Source: Cenarchaeum sp. (GTDB lineage: Archaea > Thermoproteota > Nitrososphaeria > Nitrososphaerales > Nitrosopumilaceae). From it: a DNA stretch of 64,000 bases. Below, piece by piece: positions 39,648 to 49,974 of the stretch. Position 1 is the stretch's first letter; each line of letters starts with the position of its first letter. The position numbers were made by a program, and so were the translations under genes. The stretch spans positions 672,001 through 736,000 of the forward strand of contig CBDESU010000002.1 in NCBI GenBank assembly GCA_965242695.1, written 5' to 3'. The notes beneath the pieces were generated by a model. The model was not told the DNA's origin, made no database searches, and saw nothing but the letters and a program-made list of their open reading frames with translations.

Positions 39648-41981
39648 ATGGTGGTTGCAATGGGCGGTGAAAGGCTGGCTGCAGGGAAAGGCGAGGCGGG
39701 CAGGGCCGAGCTGCGCGTGGCCGAGGCGCCGCGGCAGTTCGTCGGGACGGGGCGCGGGATAGCCGACCCGCGCGTCATCGAGTCGGCCGGGTGGAGCACG
39801 GGGCAGATAATAGAGCTCGGACACGGCCGCACGACCCACGTAAAGCTGTGGCCCGGCGGGCCCGAGGATGTGGGAACGGGGATCATACGGATCGACGGGA
39901 TGACGCGCCAGAACCTCGGGGCTGGCATAGGCGACAGGGTGTCTGCCAGGGCCGTCGAGGCGGCCGCCGCCGAGCGCATAGTCCTCTCGCCTACCGAAGA
40001 GGTCCGCGTGGCCGGGCTGCAAGAGTACATGGCCGGCCACTTTCCGAACCACGTATTCACGCAGGGCGACGGCGTCGCGCTGCGCACCTCGATGGGCGGG
40101 TCGATGCAGTTTGTCGTGACGCGCACCTCGCCGCCGGGCCGGCCCGTCATCGTCGGCGAGGGCACCGCGTTCGAGCTCGGGCCGCAGGCCGACGCGGCCG
40201 ATGCGGCGCGCCCGCGCGTCACGTACGACGACCTCGGCGGCCTCCGGGCCGAGGTGCAGAAGATACGCGAGATGGTCGAGCTGCCGATGAGGCACCCCGA
40301 GCTGTTCGAGCAGATCGGCGTCGAGGCACCCAAGGGCGTGCTGCTGCACGGCCCTCCGGGGACGGGCAAGACGCTGCTCGCAAGGGCCGTCGCCGGCGAG
40401 ACGAACGCGCACTTTACGTCCGTGAGCGGCCCCGAGATCATGGGCAGGCACTACGGCGAGAGCGAGGAGCGCCTGCGCGAGATATTCAGGCAGGCCGAGG
40501 AGCGCGCGCCGAGCATCGTGTTCATCGACGAGATCGACTCGATCGCGCCAAAGCGCGACGAGGTCTCGGGCGAGGTAGAGAAGCGCATAGTCTCGCAGCT
40601 GCTCACGCTCATGGACGGGATCAAGGGCAGGGGCAAGGTCATCGTCATCGCGGCGACCAACCGGCCCGACTCGATCGATCCCGCGCTGCGCAGGCCCGGC
40701 CGCCTCGACCGCGAGATCGAGATCGGCGTGCCCGACAGGGACGGCCGCGAGCGGATACTCGCCATCCACACGGCCGGCATGCCGCTCGACGGCGGCGTCG
40801 ACCTTGCGCGCACCGCCAGGGCCGCCCACGGGTTCGTCGGCGCCGACCTCGAGGCGCTCGCAAAGGAGGCCGCCATGAGGGCCCTGAGGCGCGTCCTGCC
40901 CGGGATGGACCTGGACGCCGACAGGATCTCCCCAGAGGCGCTCGGGCGCATCCGCGTTACGGAGGAGGACCTGCGCGGCGCGCTGCGCGAGATACGGCCG
41001 TCGGCGTTGCGCGAGGTGCTCGTGCAGGCGCCCGACGTCGGCTGGGGCGACATCGGCGGCCTGGACGGGCTCAAGGAGGAGATGCGCGAGGCCATCGAGT
41101 GGCCGCTCAGGTATGGTGGGGCCATGGCGCACGTCGGGGCCCGGCCGCCAAAGGGGATACTGCTGCACGGCCCGCCGGGGACGGGCAAGACGCTTGCGGC
41201 AAAGGCCGCGGCCCGCACGGCCGAGTCGAACTTTATCAGCATCAAGGGGCCCGAACTGCTCTCAAAGTGGGTCGGCGAGTCCGAAAAGGGCGTGCGCGAG
41301 GTGTTCCGCAAGGCCCGCCAGGCTGCGCCGTGCATCGTGTTCTTTGACGAGGTCGACGCGCTCGTGCCGCGCAGGCGCTCGGGAGGGGGCGGCGACGGGG
41401 GATCGCGCGTCACGGAAAGCGTCGTCTCGCAGATACTCACCGAGATCGACGGGCTCGAAGAGCTCGGCGACGTCCTCATCGTCGGCGCGACCAACCGCCT
41501 CGACATAGTCGACCCCGCCCTGCTCCGGCCGGGCCGGTTCGACCGCGTCATCGAGGTGCCGATGCCCGACGCTGGCGCGCGCAGGAGCATCCTCGGGATA
41601 CACACGCGCGGCAAGCCGCTCGCCGCCGGCGTCGACCTCGATGCGCTAGCCGGCATGACCGGGGGCATGAGCGGCGCCGAGATCGAGGGGGCCGTCGACA
41701 GGGCCGCGCTGGCGGCCCTCCGGCGGCACATCGACGGCAAGGATCCGCCCGAGTACGGGGACATCCGCATCACGCGCGAGGACCTGGAGGGGGCCCTTGG
41801 CGCGGGGGCCGGGGCCGGGGCCGGGAGCCGCCCCGGCGCGCCGCCGCAGGGCGCGGAGGCGGCGAGGACGGAAGGGGCGGCGGAGGCGGCGAGGACGGAA
41901 GGGGCGGCGGAGGCGGCGCCGAAGGAAGGGAGAGACGCCGCCCCCGCCGCCGAAGCCGGCCCGTACCCCGTTAAATCTTAA
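39648..41981 (+). CDS. CDC48/p97 family AAA+ ATPase
   Basis: Two AAA modules ([22 protein letters not shown]). Confidence 0.95.
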   Translation: MVVAMGGERLAAGKGEAGRAELRVAEAPRQFVGTGRGIADPRVIESAGWSTGQIIELGHGRTTHVKLWPGGPEDVGTGIIRIDGMTRQNLGAGIGDRVSARAVEAAAAERIVLSPTEEVRVAGLQEYMAGHFPNHVFTQGDGVALRTSMGGSMQFVVTRTSPPGRPVIVGEGTAFELGPQADAADAARPRVTYDDLGGLRAEVQKIREMVELPMRHPELFEQIGVEAPKGVLLHGPPGTGKTLLARAVAGETNAHFTSVSGPEIMGRHYGESEERLREIFRQAEERAPSIVFIDEIDSIAPKRDEVSGEVEKRIVSQLLTLMDGIKGRGKVIVIAATNRPDSIDPALRRPGRLDREIEIGVPDRDGRERILAIHTAGMPLDGGVDLARTARAAHGFVGADLEALAKEAAMRALRRVLPGMDLDADRISPEALGRIRVTEEDLRGALREIRPSALREVLVQAPDVGWGDIGGLDGLKEEMREAIEWPLRYGGAMAHVGARPPKGILLHGPPGTGKTLAAKAAARTAESNFISIKGPELLSKWVGESEKGVREVFRKARQAAPCIVFFDEVDALVPRRRSGGGGDGGSRVTESVVSQILTEIDGLEELGDVLIVGATNRLDIVDPALLRPGRFDRVIEVPMPDAGARRSILGIHTRGKPLAAGVDLDALAGMTGGMSGAEIEGAVDRAALAALRRHIDGKDPPEYGDIRITREDLEGALGAGAGAGAGSRPGAPPQGAEAARTEGAAEAARTEGAAEAAPKEGRDAAPAAEAGPYPVKS

Positions 41982-42016
41982 ATAAAAGCCCGCTATTGTA
42001 GGCCGGGCGCCGTTAC

Positions 42017-42898
42017 ATGGAGGCATACGACGATTCGCTGGTAGAGCCGATCGAGCTGCGGATGATCCGCCCCTCAAAGTTCCCCGTGCGCTACCCCGAC
42101 GGCAGGGGCTCGCCAGAGCTTGACGGCCTCAAGGCGAGCATACGGCAGCACGGCCTGCTCCAGCCGATCGTGGTGCGCCCCCTCGAGCACGGCTTTGAGA
42201 TCGTCGCCGGCCACAGGAGGTTCGCCGCCTGCAAGTCGCTCAGGTGGCGGTTCCTGCCGTGCAAGATCCGCGAGATCGACGACCGCCAGGCGTTCGAGAT
42301 CCAGCTGTGCGAGAACCTGCAGCGCAAGACGATGGACCCCATCGAGGAGGCCGAGGCGTTCGAGCGGTACGTCGTCGACTTTGGGTGGGGCGGAGTCACC
42401 GACCTGGGCCGGCGCATCGGCCGCAGCGAAGAGTACGTCTCGCACCGCATGCAGCTGCTCAAGCTGCCCGAGGCCGTCAGGGAAAAGGTCACGAGCTCCG
42501 AGCTTGGCGTCAGCCAGGCCATCGAGATTACGGGCGCAGCCCCGTCGATCCGCTCCGAGCTGATCGACACGGTGGCCGGGCCGGGCGTAGCCAGGATGAC
42601 CGTCAAGCAGGTGCGCCTGGCAAAGTCGCGCTTGGCCGAAAGGGCGGCCGATGCGGGGCAGCGCGATGCGCCGACGCCGGCGCAGCGCGAGCGGCGGCAG
42701 GCCAAGATAGTCAAGAGGAGCAGCCTGGCACTCCGGGTGACCCTGTCCAGGATCGACGACCTCATTGAGGATGCGCACAAAGGCGGACCGGACGGGCGCG
42801 CCGAGCTGATCGAGTTCCTGATGGACCTGCGGCGCCGGACGCACACGATGATCGACGACGCCCTGCGATACGGAAAGGAGTGCGGCCGCGGCGGCTGA
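42017..42898 (+). CDS. ParB/Spo0J-family protein
   Basis: GLLQPIVVR...AGHRRF...ENLQR...PIEEAEAF, HTH IGRSEEYVSHR. Confidence 0.88.
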   Translation: MEAYDDSLVEPIELRMIRPSKFPVRYPDGRGSPELDGLKASIRQHGLLQPIVVRPLEHGFEIVAGHRRFAACKSLRWRFLPCKIREIDDRQAFEIQLCENLQRKTMDPIEEAEAFERYVVDFGWGGVTDLGRRIGRSEEYVSHRMQLLKLPEAVREKVTSSELGVSQAIEITGAAPSIRSELIDTVAGPGVARMTVKQVRLAKSRLAERAADAGQRDAPTPAQRERRQAKIVKRSSLALRVTLSRIDDLIEDAHKGGPDGRAELIEFLMDLRRRTHTMIDDALRYGKECGRGG

Positions 42899-42911
42899 GG
42901 ATGCCGCGCCC

Positions 42912-43457
42912 CTACCTGCCGATGAACGGCGGCACCCACTCCTTGAGGAACGCCTTGTACTCGGCCTCCGTGTACGCCAGGGCGTACGGCGAGACGGGCG
43001 TCTGCGGGACAAAGTCGTACACCTCGTACACCTGCAGTATGTCGCCGAACAGGTTGCGGTAGATGTCGTTCTCCTCGTCGGCCATCTCCGAGGACAGGAA
43101 CGACTTGACGGTGATCCAGTCGTACCCGCCCCTCGTGCGCCCCGAGTAGACGACGAACGGGGCGTCGGCGAGGTACTTTTTGAGGCCCTCCAGCCTGCGC
43201 GGCAGCGCCTGCGACGTCCTGAACGTGACGAGGTCGACGCGCACGACCCTCCTGCCGGCGGGCAGCTTCTTGGCGTCGACCGACACCGTGTACCTGATGA
43301 CGCCGTCCTCCTCGAGGGCGCGCCTGCGCGCCTCGATCTCCTCCTCAGGCACGCTGTGCCCGAGGCCCCTGAGGTAGTCCCAAATGTCGGCCGTCCCCTG
43401 CCTGGCATCCTGGCTTAGGGCCGAGATGATCAGCTCGTCTATCCTGTCGGGCGCCAT
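42912..43457 (-). CDS. Lrp/AsnC-family transcriptional regulator
   Basis: DRIDELIISALSQDAR...RRRALEEDGVI; RAM-like GRTRGGYD. Confidence 0.8.
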   Translation of the reverse strand: MAPDRIDELIISALSQDARQGTADIWDYLRGLGHSVPEEEIEARRRALEEDGVIRYTVSVDAKKLPAGRRVVRVDLVTFRTSQALPRRLEGLKKYLADAPFVVYSGRTRGGYDWITVKSFLSSEMADEENDIYRNLFGDILQVYEVYDFVPQTPVSPYALAYTEAEYKAFLKEWVPPFIGR

Positions 43458-43781
43458 CCGCACCTGTACGCGGCGCCGCGCTATTTACGTGTTGAAGGGG
43501 GCCGTTCGCGCCGCCGCTCGGGCCGCATGCGGCGGGGCCAGGCAGGGCGGGGCGGTGCGTGCGCGCGCGATCCCCGCCGCGCAGAGGTCGAACCTCAAGG
43601 GCCCAAAGGGAACACGCTGGCGCGGCCCACTAACGGCTTTTGGAGACGGACTCCATTTACGTTGCGGCGGGGCCTGGAAGGGCCCGGTTTTACCCGCGCG
43701 CGCACGGGCGCAGGCGCCGCCGCCCCCGATATAGCGGTTGCCGCCCGCCGATCTTTAATACGCCGCCTCGCCACACCGGAC

Positions 43782-46181
43782 ATGGCGACCCCGACGATCC
43801 TGCCCGAGAACGTCGGGTACCTTGCCCTGTTTGCCGTCGGCCTGATAATGGCCGCCGCCGTCACGCTCATGGTCAGGGCCGAGGCGAGGTGGGGCGGCGC
43901 GCGCAAGACGTCCGAGTGGTTCTACACGGCGGGGCGCACGATCAAGACGGGGCTGATAGCCTCGTCGATCGTCTCGGCGTGGACCTGGGCGGCGACCCTC
44001 CTGCAGTCCTCGACGGTCGCCTTCGAGTTCGGCGCGGCCGGCGCGTTCTGGTACGCCGCCGGCGCCTCGATCCAGGTCATACTGTTCTCGATCCTGGCAA
44101 TAGAGCTCAAGCGCAAGGCGCCGATGACCCACACGTTCCCCGAGGTGCTGTACGTCCGGTACGGCCGCCACCCGCACAAGGTGTTCCTGTTCTTTGCGCT
44201 GCTGACGAACACCGTCGTCACGGCCATGCTCGTGCTCGGCGGCGCGGCCGTCGTCAACTCGCTCACCGGCGTCGACATAACGCTTGCCGCGTTCCTGCTG
44301 CCGGCCGGCATCATCCTGTACACGGTGTTCGGGGGGCTAAAGGCGACGTTCTTTGCCGAGTACCTCAACGCGGCGTTCATCTTTGCCGTCGTGCTCGTGT
44401 TCGTCACGGCGATCTACTTTGCAAGCCCCGACATCGGCGGCGTGCCGGGCATGTACGAAAAGCTCACCGAGGCGGCCGCGCTGCGCCCCGTCGAGGGCAA
44501 CGCGCTCGGCAGCTACCTGACCCTTGCGTCGGCCGGCGCCCTCGTGTTCGGCGTGATCAACATCGTCGGCAACTTTGGCACCGTGTTCGTCGACCAGTCG
44601 TACTGGCAGAGGGCGATTGCGGCCAGGCCGCGGTCGGTCGCCGGCGGCTTCCTGGCCGGCGGCCTTGCGTGGTTTGCGATACCGTTCGCGCTTGCGACCA
44701 CGCTCGGCCTTGCCGCCGTCGCCACCGGCATCGAGCTGACCGAGGACGAGGTCGGGCTCGGACTGGTCGCCCCTGCGGCCGCATCTGCCCTGATGGGCGA
44801 CCTCGGGGCGATCCTCATACTCACGATCGTCTTCACCGCCGTGACGGCGGCCGGCTCGTCGCAGCTCGTCAGCGTCTCGTCGCTGCTCACGTACGACGTG
44901 TACCGCACGTACCTGCGGCCGTCGGCGACGGGCCGCCAGCTCATGCGCATATCGCGGTTCGCCATACTGTCGTTTGGAATAGGCATGGGCGCGCTCGCCT
45001 CGTTCCTGTTCCAGCTCGGCGTCGGGCTCCAGTACGTCTACCTCATGATGGGCATACTCATCGGGCCGGCCGTCGCGCCGATCTCGCTCGGCGTGCTCTG
45101 GCGCCGCACCAACCGGCGGGCCGCCACGGCGGCCGCCGTGGCCGGCCTGGCCGCCGGCTTGGCGGCCTGGACCGGAGCCGCGGCGGCCCTGTACGGCGAG
45201 GTTACGATCGAGACAACCGGACGCACGGCGGCCCTGCTCGCCGGCAACGTCGCATCGATAGGGGTGAGCCTGGCCATCACGCTCGCCGGCAGCGCGGCGT
45301 TCCCCGAGAGGTTCGACTTTGGGGTGCTCCGGCAGAAGATACACCTCGTCGACGACCGGGTGCGCTCGGCGATGCGGCGCGACTCGGACGAGGCAAGGCT
45401 CCGCCGCGCATCGTCCGTGTGCAAGAGGGCCGGCATCGGGGTCACGCTGTTCCTGGTGGTCGTCTGGCCGGCCTCGCTGTACCTGTCGGGGCACGTCTTT
45501 ACGCCCGTCTCGTTTGCCGCGTGGATCGCGCTCATGGTCGTGTGGGCGTTCGGCTCGGCGGCAACGGTCGCACTGCTGCCGGTGATCGAGGCCCGCTCGA
45601 GCATAGGCAGCATACTCGCAAGGGCCGGCGCGGCCGCCTCGGCGGCGGCCTCTGGAGCCGCCGCCCGCTCGGCCGACCCGCCGCCCGCGCGCCGGCTGCT
45701 CGTGGCCATTGACGGCTCGCCGCCGTCGCTGCGCGCCCTCGGCGGCGCGCACGGCCTGTTCGGCGCCGACGCAAGGGCGCGCGTCTACATGCTGCACGTG
45801 GTCAGGCCTCCTTCCGATGCGCCGCCGCCGGGCGGCAGCGGAGGCGGCCCGGGGGCAGACCACGAGGCGATGATGCGCGAGGGCCGTCTGGTCCTCAGGA
45901 GCGTGGCGGTGCCGCGGCACGCCGGCGGCGGCAGCGGCGGCAACGACTACCGCCGCATAGTAAAGGTCGGCGACCCGGCCAGGGTCATTGCAGAGACGGC
46001 CGACCGGCTCGGCGTCGACGTTGTCGTGATGGGGCGTAGCGGCCTGGGCAGGCGCAACGGCGCCGCGGCCGGCGCCGATGCCGATGCCGCAGGCGCGGCC
46101 CGCCGCCCGCCCGGCGAGATGGGGAGCGTGGCCATCTCGGTCCTTGCCCTGACCTCAAAGCCGGTCGCGTTTCTCGGCTAG
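43782..46181 (+). CDS. DUR3-like urea:sodium symporter fused to a C-terminal universal stress protein (USP) domain
   Basis: VSAWTWAATLLQSS, GNFGTVFVDQSYWQ; RLLVAIDGSPPS...GDPARVI...VVMGRSG...MGSVA. Confidence 0.9.
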   Translation: MATPTILPENVGYLALFAVGLIMAAAVTLMVRAEARWGGARKTSEWFYTAGRTIKTGLIASSIVSAWTWAATLLQSSTVAFEFGAAGAFWYAAGASIQVILFSILAIELKRKAPMTHTFPEVLYVRYGRHPHKVFLFFALLTNTVVTAMLVLGGAAVVNSLTGVDITLAAFLLPAGIILYTVFGGLKATFFAEYLNAAFIFAVVLVFVTAIYFASPDIGGVPGMYEKLTEAAALRPVEGNALGSYLTLASAGALVFGVINIVGNFGTVFVDQSYWQRAIAARPRSVAGGFLAGGLAWFAIPFALATTLGLAAVATGIELTEDEVGLGLVAPAAASALMGDLGAILILTIVFTAVTAAGSSQLVSVSSLLTYDVYRTYLRPSATGRQLMRISRFAILSFGIGMGALASFLFQLGVGLQYVYLMMGILIGPAVAPISLGVLWRRTNRRAATAAAVAGLAAGLAAWTGAAAALYGEVTIETTGRTAALLAGNVASIGVSLAITLAGSAAFPERFDFGVLRQKIHLVDDRVRSAMRRDSDEARLRRASSVCKRAGIGVTLFLVVVWPASLYLSGHVFTPVSFAAWIALMVVWAFGSAATVALLPVIEARSSIGSILARAGAAASAAASGAAARSADPPPARRLLVAIDGSPPSLRALGGAHGLFGADARARVYMLHVVRPPSDAPPPGGSGGGPGADHEAMMREGRLVLRSVAVPRHAGGGSGGNDYRRIVKVGDPARVIAETADRLGVDVVVMGRSGLGRRNGAAAGADADAAGAARRPPGEMGSVAISVLALTSKPVAFLG

Positions 46182-46186
46182 GCCGC

Positions 46187-47050
46187 CTATCCCTTCCTGA
46201 TTCCCGCGAACGGCCTGCCGGCGCATCGGGACCTTGCGGCCGCGACGACGTCGAGCACGGCATTCCTGACGTCGGCGGCGCGCGCCCCGAGCAGCCTGCC
46301 GAGTATGCCGGATCCGTCGCGCATGACGCTGCACCCGCCCGCCACGCCGGCCCGCCCCGACACGGCCGCCCCGACATCGCCGAGCAGCGCCTCGACGTTG
46401 CGGCGCGGCGTCATCACGTATACGGTGCCGACTACGCCGTGCCCTCCCATCGAGCCGGGCGCCGACAAGTCTAGCCTCGACGGCTCGAGCCGCGCCGCAT
46501 CGGCGAACCTGCGCCGCCCGCCGCACCCGAACGCCTCCGTCCCCAGGTCGCATGCATCGTACTTGAACTCCTCGCCCATTGCCGCCCGCCCCGCCGCGAC
46601 GACCTCGGAGCCGACCATGGTCGCCCCGTCGTGCACGTCAAGCCGCACGCGCTGCCTGAACCTGGCCCCCTCGTACGGGATGATCTGGTCGGGGATCATC
46701 TCCAGGTACGCCCCGTCGGCGACCGACACGCGCACGTCCTGGGAGGCAAGGCCGCCGGGATCCATTCCGTACACCCTGGTCGCGCCCTGCGTCGTGACGT
46801 GCGCCATGGACCACGGCCCGGCCGCTATGTCCACCGAGTACCTGTCGCCCTGCAGCATCCCGCCGGCGACCGACGCCACGTACAGGTACGCCATCGGCGA
46901 CCCCGGCCCGTCGCAGTACATGACGCGCTGCGCCGCGAGCGGAACCTTGGCCGAGACCCTCTCGGCCACGGTGCGGCCGCCCGGCCCGCCTGCCGCAAAC
47001 GCCACCTCGAGCCGCCCGGCCCGGCCCGCCGCCTCTCCCCTGCCCGTCAT
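46187..47050 (-). CDS. ureD: Urease accessory protein UreD
   Basis: GGMLQGD, TTQGATRVY, PDQIIPY, GRAAMGE. Confidence 0.9.
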   Translation of the reverse strand: MTGRGEAAGRAGRLEVAFAAGGPGGRTVAERVSAKVPLAAQRVMYCDGPGSPMAYLYVASVAGGMLQGDRYSVDIAAGPWSMAHVTTQGATRVYGMDPGGLASQDVRVSVADGAYLEMIPDQIIPYEGARFRQRVRLDVHDGATMVGSEVVAAGRAAMGEEFKYDACDLGTEAFGCGGRRRFADAARLEPSRLDLSAPGSMGGHGVVGTVYVMTPRRNVEALLGDVGAAVSGRAGVAGGCSVMRDGSGILGRLLGARAADVRNAVLDVVAAARSRCAGRPFAGIRKG

Positions 47051-47745
47051 GCCCCTCCCTCCCCGCCGGCCGCCCTGGGCGGCGCATCGAACAGCAGGTC
47101 GCGCACGATCCGGCCTGCCACGTCGCCGACGCCCTGGTCGGTCGTGCAGTCTACCATGGCAAACGGCCTGCCAGCGCGCACGCGCTCCGCATCGGCGCGC
47201 ATCACGCCGAGGTCGGCGCCGACGTGCGGCGCAAGGTCGATCTTGTTTATGACGAGCAGGTCGCAGTTCTGTATGCCGAGGCCGCCCTTGCGCGGGTACT
47301 TGTCCCCGCCGGCGACATCCACAATGTAGATGAAGTAGTCGGCAAGCAGCGGGCTGAACGTCGTCGTCACGTTGTCCCCGCCGCTCTCGATCAGGATCAG
47401 GTCGAGCTCGGGGTGGTCCCTCTCCATCTCCTCGATCACCGACATGTTGAGCGACGGATCCTCCCGCACCGCCGTGTGCGGGCAGCCGCCCGTGGCGAGC
47501 CCCACGACCAGGTTCTCTGGGAGCAGCCCCTGGTCCGTGGCCAGCCCCGCCCTCATGCGGTCCGCGTCCTCCTTTGATATGACGTCGTTCGATATGATGC
47601 TCATCCTGTACCCGCGAGCGGCAAGGACGGGAACGACCCGCTCGATGAGCATGCTCTTTCCGGCGCCGACGGGTCCGCCTATGCCGACCCTTGGTATGCG
47701 GCGCGGCCCCCCCTCTTCCTCGCGGCCCCCCTCGTTCGCGTCCAT
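47047..47745 (-). CDS. ureG: Urease accessory GTPase UreG
   Basis: GGPVGAGKS, GGCPH, ESGGDN, NKID. Confidence 0.95.
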   Translation of the reverse strand: MDANEGGREEEGGPRRIPRVGIGGPVGAGKSMLIERVVPVLAARGYRMSIISNDVISKEDADRMRAGLATDQGLLPENLVVGLATGGCPHTAVREDPSLNMSVIEEMERDHPELDLILIESGGDNVTTTFSPLLADYFIYIVDVAGGDKYPRKGGLGIQNCDLLVINKIDLAPHVGADLGVMRADAERVRAGRPFAMVDCTTDQGVGDVAGRIVRDLLFDAPPRAAGGEGGA

Positions 47746-47759
47746 TTTGCACCCTCCCC

Positions 47760-48518
47760 TCACGCGGCGAACATCCTCGCGTCCATCCGCTCGTGGTCCA
47801 TCTGCGCAATCTCGGCGAGCGGGGCGAACTGCCACGCCCCCTCCGCCCCCTCCCCGCTTTCCGCGCGGCCTCCGGCCTCCCGCGCCGCCTCGGCCATCCG
47901 CGGCTTGAGGCCGTGTATGATCTCCTGCCCCTCCATGTGGTGTATGATCCCGAGCCGCAGCGCCGCGCCGACCATCGATGCGGCAAAGCCGTACAGCGCG
48001 ACAAGGGCCGCATGCCCTGGGGTCATCCCGAGCGAGCCGCAGCATGCCCCGAGCGCGACGGGATACGCGCCAGAGGCGGCGCCCGACGAGATGGCCCGAT
48101 GGTACCTGGCTAGGGCATTGCCGTCCCCGCCGAACCCCTTGACGCACCTGGCCAGCTGCGCGCCCGACCTTGCCGCCGCCTCCCTCTGCTCCCTGACCGG
48201 CTTGAGGGCCGAGCACCTTTCGTCCAGCTCGACAAGCCCCGCATCGTCGCCGCCGGCCGCAAGCGAGCACGCACGCGCCGCCATGACGCAGTCGCACGGC
48301 CCGACCTGCTGGTCGATCAAGGTGCGGCACAGCCCTGCTAGCGCGCCGGCCGACGCTATCGACCCGTCAAGAAACATCGACTCGAGGCCGTTGGACGTCG
48401 CAAACAGCCCCGACGGAAACATAGAGTCGGACAGCTGCATCGCGCCGAGCAGCTGCATCTCGGCCCCGCCGGCGGCCGTGCCGCCGCCGTCGTTGCGGCC
48501 GCCGTCATTCGTGGCCAC
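47760..48518 (-). CDS. ureF: Urease accessory protein UreF
   Basis: QLSDSMFPSGLFATSNGLE; C-terminal HERMDARMF. Confidence 0.9.
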   Translation of the reverse strand: MATNDGGRNDGGGTAAGGAEMQLLGAMQLSDSMFPSGLFATSNGLESMFLDGSIASAGALAGLCRTLIDQQVGPCDCVMAARACSLAAGGDDAGLVELDERCSALKPVREQREAAARSGAQLARCVKGFGGDGNALARYHRAISSGAASGAYPVALGACCGSLGMTPGHAALVALYGFAASMVGAALRLGIIHHMEGQEIIHGLKPRMAEAAREAGGRAESGEGAEGAWQFAPLAEIAQMDHERMDARMFAA

Positions 48519-48999
48519 GCACGTCCGCCCCCCCGTGCGGCCGGAACACCCCTTCGGACACCTCTAGCTCGACGCCTCCCTCGATGCGGCCAAACAGGCT
48601 CCTGAACACGTCCGCCTCCGAGTCGGCCTGCAGGGGAAACGAGATCGACCCGCCATCGGCCGACACCGAGATCGGCCTGTGCCTGTTGCCGACTATGTGG
48701 CCGACAAGGAACGCAACTGCGTTCCCCGCGCCGCCTGCCGGCCTTGCGGTGGCGATCTTTTCGGGCGCCTGCTCTACCAGTATGCGCCCGCCGTCCCCGC
48801 CGCCTGCATCAAGCAGGTCGCCGTCGCGCAGGACGGTGCCGGCCGGCAGCGACACCGCAATGTCCGTTCCCCCCTCGGTCGTCTTTCTGATCCTGCTCTT
48901 TTCAAGCTCGGCCCTTGTCATCCTGACCCGATCGACGACGTTCCCCCCCTCTTCCTCCCCGGCCCCGCCGCGCGCAACGGACTTGACTGCTACCAGCAT
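48505..48999 (-). CDS. ureE: Urease accessory protein UreE
   Basis: KSRIRKTT...LRDGD...GHIVGNRH. Confidence 0.9.
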   Translation of the reverse strand: MLVAVKSVARGGAGEEEGGNVVDRVRMTRAELEKSRIRKTTEGGTDIAVSLPAGTVLRDGDLLDAGGGDGGRILVEQAPEKIATARPAGGAGNAVAFLVGHIVGNRHRPISVSADGGSISFPLQADSEADVFRSLFGRIEGGVELEVSEGVFRPHGGADVRGHE

Positions 49000-49088
49000 G
49001 CCCCACGCCGCGGCGCCCTACAATATCAAAATTGCGCCCCCCGCAGGGCCGTCCTGCGCCCCACGCCCGCGCGCCTTATTCCTGTCCG

Positions 49089-49961
49089 CTAGAATGCGCC
49101 GGCGGCCACCCCCGACACTATGGCGATCCCGATTGCCACGCTGGCGATGCCAATGCCTGCCCGCATCGCCCTCTTGGCCCTGTCCAGCCTGGCCGCAAAG
49201 GCAAACGGGAGCGACAGCGTCCCGCTCGCCAGCATCATGCCGGCGACCGAGCCGGCCCCAAAGGCGAGGACCATCGCGATCCCCGCCTCCATGCTTCCCA
49301 TGGCGGATGCGCCCAGGGCGATCAGGCCCCCGCTGCCTGCCAGTCCGTGTATGCAGCCGATCAGGTACGACCTGTGCCCATGCCGGTGCGCACTGCCCCC
49401 GTCCCAGCCTCCGTGCGAGTGCGGGTGCGTGTGGACCGTGCCCCCCGCGTGCGAGTGCGGGTGCGTGTGGACCGTGCCCCCCGCGTGCGAGTGCGGGTGC
49501 GGATGCGCCCCGCCTCTTCCCCTTCCCCGCATCCTCCTCCAAAGGCCAAGCATGCTGGTTCCGGTCCACGCCGACACGCCGAGCGCCACGAGCATGACGC
49601 CGACGGCCGCCTCGAGCCCGTCAAAGACGGCGCCCGGAATGCTCAGCGAAAAGGCGAGCACGCCGAGCGCCACGAGCAGTATGGCCGAGGTGTGGCCGGC
49701 GCCCCACAGCGCGCCGAGGAGCGAGCCGCGCGACAGGGCCCTTTTGACGCGTACGGGATCCGCCTCTTCCCCTCGCCGCCCTCCCGTCCTCCCGTGACCC
49801 GATGCGAGCACGGCCGCCACGTGATCGGGATCCAGGGCGTGCGCCAGCCCGACGACCACCCCAGCCGAGAGGAGCGCGGCAGGCGCCGCCGCGGCCGCAA
49901 CAGCGGCAACCCCCTCCCCGCCTCCGGCCCCCATCGCCTGCGCCACAATCTCGCCGAGCAC
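49089..49961 (-). CDS. Nickel transporter / UreH-like (NiCoT-related) membrane protein with His-rich loop
   Basis: HALDPDH, WGAGH, (HTHPHSHAGGTV) repeats, IHGLAGSG. Confidence 0.85.
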   Translation of the reverse strand: MLGEIVAQAMGAGGGEGVAAVAAAAAPAALLSAGVVVGLAHALDPDHVAAVLASGHGRTGGRRGEEADPVRVKRALSRGSLLGALWGAGHTSAILLVALGVLAFSLSIPGAVFDGLEAAVGVMLVALGVSAWTGTSMLGLWRRMRGRGRGGAHPHPHSHAGGTVHTHPHSHAGGTVHTHPHSHGGWDGGSAHRHGHRSYLIGCIHGLAGSGGLIALGASAMGSMEAGIAMVLAFGAGSVAGMMLASGTLSLPFAFAARLDRAKRAMRAGIGIASVAIGIAIVSGVAAGAF

Positions 49962-49974
49962 AGCAACCGCCCTC

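Noticed and set aside
41870-41935. 27-bp repeats at the cdc48 3' end; similar short repeats in the Ni-transporter His loop, the ths GGM tail and DP2 at 23401
   Set aside because: Ordinary in-frame low-complexity expansions, common throughout this window
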